DNA of 64,000 bases from Antedon mediterranea (Eukaryota > Animalia > Echinodermata): the NCBI RefSeq assembly GCF_964355755.1, contig NC_092670.1, forward strand, positions 4,268,201 to 4,332,200, in the 5' to 3' direction. How positions within the stretch are numbered: the first letter of the stretch is position 1; every line of letters begins with the position of its first letter. The position numbers and the translations under genes are program-made. The notes beneath the pieces were generated by a model. It saw only the letters and a list, made by a program, of their open reading frames with translations, was not told the DNA's origin and searched no databases. Positions 42,001 to 51,000 of this stretch are shown piece by piece.

Positions 42001-45000
42001 AGATCTAATGAGTGGACAGAAGTGGTATTTCATTTGTGAGCGCTGGCTTGCTGTTGAAGAAGATGATGGAAAGATTGAACGTGATATTCCTGTACAGGAA
42101 ACAGGAATTGGCTTCCAAAAGGTATGCCTTATATTTGTTATATAGGCAGAACATAGGCAATACATTTTAAACACAGGCTTGTGGAAAGTTATTGCAATTC
42201 CAATGCTTTGTTTTCAAGGTCAAATTGTTTTTGATTGGTATTTAACATAAATAATTGTTGAGTACCTTTTGTATTCAAATGGTAAATTGTAGACGAATTG
42301 TGCTCAACAGTAAATCATTTGAATAGAAAACGTTAAACAACGCACACTTTTTTAACAACGCAAACTTTTTTTCAAACACCCAAAACAATCTGTTAAATAC
42401 TCAACGTTAAAGTTCCAATTGTATACAACAAATGAATTAAGAAGTGTTTTCAAATACATTTTAATATCTGAAAAATGTAAAAGTTGTTAGCAATGTTAAC
42501 TTGTGTGCAAAATTGATTTTGGAAATTTACTCTGGAAAAGTCTTGGAAAAGTTATGGAAATGTTTTTCACTCAAAGTGTATTACAGTATTTATATTTTTT
42601 ATATTTCTTTATTCGAATTCACAAAAACACAACATATAAAAAACAAAGAATGAATTCAGGGTAACACAAAAAAGTAACCAAAGGTCTAACTTATTTCCAT
42701 TTTGGCCCTTAAGGATAAAAACACCTAAGATTAACCCTGTTTACATGCAGTTTGATTAAGTATACCCATGAACCTATAAATTATATGTCCATGTTATACC
42801 TAATACCTATATGCTCTCTGAATAAAGCCTTTTCAGGCTTGTAGTGATGCATGAAAAAGAGCACTTGCTGGGTTGATAGTACCCACCAATTAGAGTGAAT
42901 CTACCTAAACTTTAAAATTATGAAAATTAAATTTTAGGTTTCTTCTATACCTGATTGCTTAAATTCTTTTTTCTTCATAACAGGCATTTTTTGCAAAAGG
43001 AGCACAATATTTTTCTGACTACTATTTGTGGAGTTCTGTGTTTACCCGACCACCATACAGTTGTTTTACTCGGATTCAACGGCTAACTGTGTGTCTATCC
43101 ATTCTGATGGATTTCTTTTGTATCAATACAATTTGGTATCAACTGCTTGACAAAGAGGTATTTATGAATTAAATAACAATAATTAAAGTCATTGAAGATT
43201 GTTTGAATGCATTAATCCTAGAATATTAATAATTGTTTTTACATGTGTTAAACAAAAGGTGATGTGGCTTTCACATTAAACAACATTATTAATCTTACAG
43301 CTCACTTTCTTAAGTCAAAGACTATGTTCGACTAAAGGACAGATCTTTAGTGGTGTTTACTGTACCAATGGATAAGTAGATTTAGGGAAAATGATAAAAG
43401 ACATAGAATAAAAATAAAATTTTGTTTTAATGACATTTATAACAGGAGGTTGATCTTGGCTTGATTGATGTATCTGGAGAAGCTGTCCTTGTTGGCATTG
43501 TCACTGCACTCATTGCTATTCCTATCAACTTCCCAATTATCATGTTCTTTAGACGCATTAGCCCCAAGACAGAACATGACCCGAAAGAGATCTACAAAAA
43601 TATCAAAAGTAGTTTTGAACCTTCTCCTGACGGTAATTATTTTATTATTATTCTTGTAGTATTGATTTTTATTTAGTATTTTTTATATTTTATATTGAAT
43701 TTCAATTTCTTTTGTACGCACCTCGAGCACTCTTGATTGGTATGAGTGCTATATAAATCCATATTATTATTATTTATTATATGAGTTTGCCTATTGGATA
43801 ATAAAGATTTGTATTTGTGTTATTTACATTTGGCAACATACTGTTACTTCTTTACAGCTGAAGTGCGACCAATCCTGAATGAGAAAAGCTTTGAACTTGG
43901 TGTCATTGAACAGACTGCTGTCAATCTACAAAGTTTACAGAACTGGACAACCGAAAATTGGATCAGAAAACAAAAAGTAAATTGTAAAATGTTATAAATA
44001 CAATTAATTTGATTTTTTCATAAAATAAAAGAGTTTTCATCTTTGATAAAATAATGTTTAGATTTCTTTTGTTTTATGTAGACAAAATGGATATTTATCG
44101 CTTTATCATTGATCGTAAATTTCATTTAATTTTGTGATTGAGAGTTATTTTTAAAGTGTGCTGTTTAATTTTAATTTCACTTGGGGTTGACTCTATCATA
44201 AAATTCTCAAATAATTTGTATTAGGGAAGCATGGGTGCTTTTGACACTGATAGTGGACGCTCATCACAAGAAAGAGTCTTTTTTGACAATGGCAGTATTT
44301 CAAGTGGATTTGAAGAATTTGGAGATGATGTCAGAGGAAGCACCGATGACACCAAAACTTCCAAGAAGAATATCAAGTATGTGAAACCACATAAAAACTT
44401 ATTCAGCAGAATGTTTGATTGATACATGAATGTGAAAACCTTTATAGAACCTATTTATATTTAACAGCCTACAGAATTGTGATTTCCAAATTAGTTTGAA
44501 TTGTTCAATATTTACTGTAGTACACTTATTGCATACCATGTCTGGTAGAGTGCATATGTTTTTTTAAAGATTACAATAACTAATTATAAATAGACATGAT
44601 GTTAAACTTATTTACAATATTGATGTCTTATAGTAGTACGTCGATGTCTGATAGCGGAATGAGCTCACCAGAGTGCCATAGTCTTGACTCTTTTAATACT
44701 ATGCGATCTCAGCATGACATTAGCCACAAGAAACTCACTAGCCCCAAGTATATGTTCCCACATTGGTGTTTGTACATAGCATATGCTCTATGTTTCACTA
44801 TCATCGGAATTTCAACTGTTGTGGCAGTTTATTTAGGTTACAGGTAAATTATAGCAATTTATTTAATATAGCAAAAACAACAATATTTAATGCCTAGTTT
44901 CTAAAATGTCTATATGTACTCCTCAATTTAGATCAGCATTGTCATGAACTTTTTTTTAATTTTGAATGCATAGGTTTAATCAAACTAAAGCAATATATTG

Positions 45001-48000
45001 GATCCAATCTGTTTATTTTTCATTCCTTCAATGTGTATTCATTACACAACCGGCAGTGGTAAGTATTTAAACTTATACCTCTAATTAAGTATAAACTTAA
45101 GCCTCCAATTAAGTATAAACTTATGCCTACAATTAAGTATACACTTATACCTAATATTATTACTATATTTTTATCATTGTTTCAATTTATTTTTGTAGAT
45201 GGCAATGTTTACCATTGTCAAGTCAATTCGCCATCGTAATAATGTTTCTATCTTTGATCATTATGATGACAATGTTGACCTGCTTAGTAAGCGTGAGATG
45301 AAACAGATTCGTACAAATGTCTTCATATATGGCAATGACATTAGTAAGGTAAGCTTGCTTCTTAAGCCCGGCGCACACTAGAGCTTTCGGCTGAGCCAAC
45401 TGGCACGAGTAACACTTGCCTCACAGTGTGCGCCGGGGATTTCGTGAGGAATCGGCCACGCGTGCCGCTGAGGAAAATATCTATCGTGTTTAATATTTTT
45501 TGGCACGCGTGCCATTTTCCTCAAGTGTGCGCCGAACGTGAGCTTCCTGCTCACTAAAAAATTCCACTGCGCATGACATGTTCTGATTTATTATGATATT
45601 TCAGCGCGTGCTGTATAGCGTAGTAAGTAATTATCCAATCAGAAAATCACGTACTGAAGGCTTTAGTGTGCGTCCGATAGAACGCGAACATAGTTTGCGG
45701 CAAATTTGTTACTGAGCCAAGTGTTACTCGTGCCAGTTGGCTCAGCCGAAAGCTCTAGTGTGCGCCGGGCTTTAAGGCCCACCTACTGACATTTCGATCG
45801 ATACAAAATCTGAAGGTACAACGCTTGTGTTATAAATGCTTTTTACCTCCAACCAATCAAATTGGATACTGCATACTGGATGATCCCTCAATCTCTGACA
45901 CTTCAATTTGTAACAAAAGCGTTATTTAATCGAATCTGAACACTTCACTGTTACAATGTTAATTATATTATAATGTTATCTTGCTTTTGGTTTTATGATA
46001 GCATAACTCCATCTGAACATATCCTTAGCATGTACATACAATTTACAAGTTTAGCCAGCCCAACTTCTTACTTACAGAAATGGTACTGTTTAATTAAAAA
46101 TAAAGACATTTTGATTCATGTGTTTTACAGGGAGTAGAGGCTCGGCAAAGATCCAGGTACTTAAGATATGCAAGACCACTTCAAGACAGGCAAATTCAGA
46201 AAGCAAAAGAAAAAATGATAAAAGAAAAAAATATGTATGCCATACTCAAGTAAGTTAAGAAGAATAGAAATAACCTGTGACTTGCAGCCTAACTGGGCTG
46301 AATTGCACACTTTCTTCTCTTCTAAGGGTTCCTTCACTTCAATTGCTGCAACCAAATGGTTCCCATTTGTCTGTCCACAGGGGCAGAATGGACCAGTGCA
46401 CCGAGGTATCCCCCCCCCCCCACCCCCTACTCTTCCAAAAGATGAACTGTGTTCTTTAGAGTGCACACGAGCCAGATATGTACAAATTGTAATAATTTTT
46501 TTTTGTAGGGATGTTGTTATTTATTCATTCATATTGATGTGTTTACTGTGGATGGCCTATGGAAGGGATAATTCCAATAAACACTCACTCAACAAATCCA
46601 TCTTTAATACATATGTCAAGTAAGTTTATTTAACATTTAAAGTATTTTTTAGTAAAGTATATTTATTTAATTCTGTTATTTAAGTAGTTGTAAATTTGCA
46701 GATATTCAAATGTTTAAGAAATAGAATATTATCAGTTTTACTCTGTATTACAGGACAACATTCACAGAGATTTCATCTGTACATGAGTTCTGGACATGGT
46801 CTCAGACAGATCTTCTTGATGGGCTGTTCACTGAAAAATTGTACCAAAGTGATAATGAAACAGAACAGGTAAGTACATTTATTTATGGACAAAATTTGAA
46901 CTTTATTTTCTAAATTTTGTTTTTTTTTGTGTGTGTCCACGTTCCACAGTCAATTAGAGCTAACACATTGAATCAGTTTGGATGTGTTTGTTGTTTTTCT
47001 CTTTTCTAATGCATATTTTGTCCTAAGTAGCCATCGGCATTCTTTTATTTGCATTCTTTTCAAGCTTTACATTTTAATCGCATACCTTTGATTGAGTCAC
47101 TGAACTCACGTTGGTTATAATATACCCTATATAAAATCCTTTAAATTGACCCACCTTAACTAGACCTACCGAAGAAATGTCTTTGCAATTGTTTTAAATT
47201 CAAATATTTTTAATCGTTAGGGATATGTTATGGATGGTGATACCATACTGTTAGGCAAGGCAAGCCTTCGTCAAGTGCGTGTTCATCAAAACAGCTGCAG
47301 AATTGCAAACGTAATGGAAAGCCACTTTGATTCGTGCGAAGGTAGCTATTCAGCGAGTCATGAAGAGACAGCAGATTACGGGCCTAAAGGTTTAGGATGG
47401 ATCTACAGTGGACAAAAAATGTTAAAGCGGTACACACAGTGGGGACGTATGGATCGATATGATGGTGGTGGTTACGTTGTTGATCTTAACACTACAAGGT
47501 ATATAACTAACGTGTAAAGCTGCATTATTTGCTGGCTTTAAAACTTAACATGATATAATCAACTGAATCTTATTAAAGATCATTAAGCTCCGTCTACACT
47601 ATCAAACTTTATGTGATATATGGACATGATGATGTAATATCACTACCATATTTGAGCATATCACTACCATATTTGGGGAAATCAAACTTTTTTGTCAAAT
47701 TAGTTTGATAGTGTAGACAAAGCTCTGACTACTGCAGCTGTATTCTTTGCTCCGTTTGTTCTTGCCTGTTCACATACTAGTAACCAGATCTTACCTGATT
47801 TGATGGCAGGTCTGTGATACTTATTCTTTATAAGATGAAAAATGTCATACAGTCAATATATATATTTTTTACTTGAAGGTCAGCAGCAGCAAGTCAATTG
47901 AAGGAATTGCAACATAATGCATGGATTGATGGGCAGACTCGCATGGTTATTGTTGAGTTTACACTATTCAATGCCCCTTACAGGTTGTTTGGGTAGGTTT

Positions 48001-51000
48001 TAATATTTTATTTACAGTAGTTTTTTTACACACACCCAAGCGGTAGCTGGCTGGTTTTTAAACCACAATAAATAAATAAAAAATAAAAAATAATTAAATC
48101 TCATTTAAAGGCTTAGGGAGTTAAAAAAAAAATTGTGACCTTGGACTGGAAGGCAAGCACATTAACCAACAAGATACAACTCCACTTTTTATTGATCAAT
48201 CTCGATATTGTGTTGATACAATATTCTTCTTCCTTCTAGATCTGTTGGATTATTGGCAGAAATGCCAGGCACTGGAGCAATCTATACACTGGCAAAGATA
48301 GAGTCTGTCCTGCTGTACCGCTATGAGTCTAACTACGACTACTTCATACTCCTTCTTGAGGTAAATCAGATACTGTACATTATCTATGTTAATCTTTAAT
48401 CTTCTATACATAAATTTGATTTTTGAATTGAAAATTAAATAAATAAAAACACAAGCCATTTATACATGTTGTGATGTAAACTTTAAATATAGCTACTATA
48501 CAATTGTTTATGTATTAAAATATAGATAGTAGCCGATTTAGATTGATAAAAACTAGAAAAAGATTTTTCGGATTAAAATAAATTTAAGTTTTAAACAGAG
48601 TTTTCAGGATTATTTATTCTGAATATTTTTGTATTGAAATTCTGATTTATTTATTTGCTCATATTTGCAGCTCCTTTTTCTTCTTCTTGTTGCTGTGTCT
48701 GGTAAAAGAGAAGTTCACAAAGCAATTAAGATGAAACTTAGATACTTTAAAAGTGTCTGGTCTTGGGTGGAGGTAAGGCAACCTCTATTGTATTTATTAT
48801 CAATGATTTTATATTAGATATATTTAGCTTTTTGCTTATTTTATTTTGTATCTCCATTGAGATCCAGCTACTTATACCCACAGCATTGTCTTCTTTTAGA
48901 AGTTGTGTTTTTTTACTCATTTTTTATTTAGATAAGCATGATTTTGTTGTCATTGGTATATTTTGTGATGTATGTTTATCGATTTGCCTATGTCACTGAA
49001 ATCATTGAACGCATGAAACGAACCTTCAATGAAGAATTTGTGGATATGTCATTCCTTGCATTCTGGGATCAAGTAAGTTTATACAAATTATAATACTATG
49101 ATAAAACAAAGCAATAAAGATAATTTTGATTACAAAGAGTATAGAGTCACTTTTGTGCGGAGAACCAAGAGTATGATTTTATAGTTTATATAAAGTTCTC
49201 TTCACTTCAGACAATAGTTTGTTTACCAGAAATCCTGCTGTGCCATATGTTAATGTTGTGTATATCACACGCGTGTATTGTTTCCAAAGGGGTCCGCTTA
49301 ATTATGAGCATTGTGTCTGTATACAATCTTTATTATATCTATGATAGTGCCTGCGTAGCATAATTGGTGCTGTACTGTTTGTGGTCACCATCAAGTTTCT
49401 ACATCTTCTACGTTTTAATCGCAAGGTTGCCATGTTTGCTGCTGTTATTCAACAAGCTTTTAAACCATTGATCATCTTATTTGTGAGTTTCATTATATTA
49501 ACATAAATTACATAATTTTATGGAGCATTTAATTGCATGTTTTTAGATGTATAAAATATATACAAATACTATTTAATTTAATAATATTGTCCATATTTTC
49601 TTTATTTTCAAAACTGTATAGGTATCGTTACTGTTGATTCAAGTTGCTTTTAGTAGTGTTGGTGTTCTGTTGTTTGGAACGTCTTACAAACCTTTCAATA
49701 ATATGTTCACTACCACAGCATCTATCATTACCATTTTGGTTGGTGAACCAGAAGAGCTTGACCAAGTCCAAGAAGCCCATCCAACACTCTGGACTATATT
49801 CTATATCTCATATATTGTAACAGTATTTATTGCCTTTTCGGGATTGGTAAGCATAATTATACATTTTAATAAATAAAAATAAATAATAGAATAATTAACA
49901 GGGTTGTAGACATAATAAAAATTATTTTAAAAAGAGGAATAGATAATAAAATCCAAGAATTGTTAATGCTAATTAAATATTCATTTGATATCTATTTACA
50001 TCTTTGTTTGCATTTTTTATTTGAATAATTATTTTGAAATTTGTATTCAATTAATTAATTAATTAATGATTGGTTTGATAAGCTGAATGATGTTAATATT
50101 TTTCTTACTCATTTAGGCCAAAGCAATTCTGTGTTGCAGTTACAGGAAGCGCAAAAATAAGGAATGTCATACAGTCGGTGGTAGAGAAGTGATGCAATTC
50201 TTTTGGAATGAACTACTTGTTGTATTTGGCATTCGGTCACCTCAATCTGATGAGCATGGCACTAAGGAAGAGCTTCCTTTGGTAAGCCAAATAGCAACAT
50301 TGTTAAAATCAAAAATGTTAAAACTGCCTCAATATATTTTTTAACACGGTGTTGGCTGGTCATGATGTTTGTCATTGCTGGGATGACTTTTGTAGCACGA
50401 AAACCATATATTCAATGTACTTTAATCACAATTTGCAATTTCGTATTTCAGGAATTTACATTTGCTGAGATTGAATACCAGGTTGATGAACTTCTTTTCC
50501 GCATGAATGCACTCAGTCATCAACATGGTCTACCAGAGAAGCCGTTTGATTTCTATGGTGACTCAGACAATGGAATGGAGGATAGTGTGTCTTTTATTAG
50601 CTCAGAGGTTTGTTTTAGTGTTTAATTTCTTTGGCTTGAGTAATAATATAATAATAATTTATTTGAATACAAATTGAACTACAATCCAAATTTACTAAAA
50701 CCACATTACAATGCTAACTATAAAATGTATAACAATAATATTAAAAATGTAATAATTCTGAAAACCAAAGAGTACCCTGATATTTACCCTGAATCGATAT
50801 TATTACAGTTTAGCATTAAATTAGTTTTTAGAAATTGTAGGAGGAATAATATCACACCAGGAAACACTAGCGTGTTTGACTGTGGGACTAGCGTGCGTGA
50901 CTGGGACTGGCGTGCGTGACTGTGGGACTAGCGTGCATGACTGGGACTGGCGTGTTTGACTGTGAGACTAGCGTGCGTGACTGTGGGACTAGCGTGCGTG

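Noticed and set aside
46002-46082. Candidate extra exon between exons 44 and 45
   Set aside because: In-frame TGA in the required phase; exons 44 and 45 join directly.
46237-46623. 128-aa ORF spanning intron 45 (possible intron retention)
   Set aside because: The intron is 259 nt, so retention shifts the frame, and it is filled by an antisense SINE; the ORF is exon 46 read-through.
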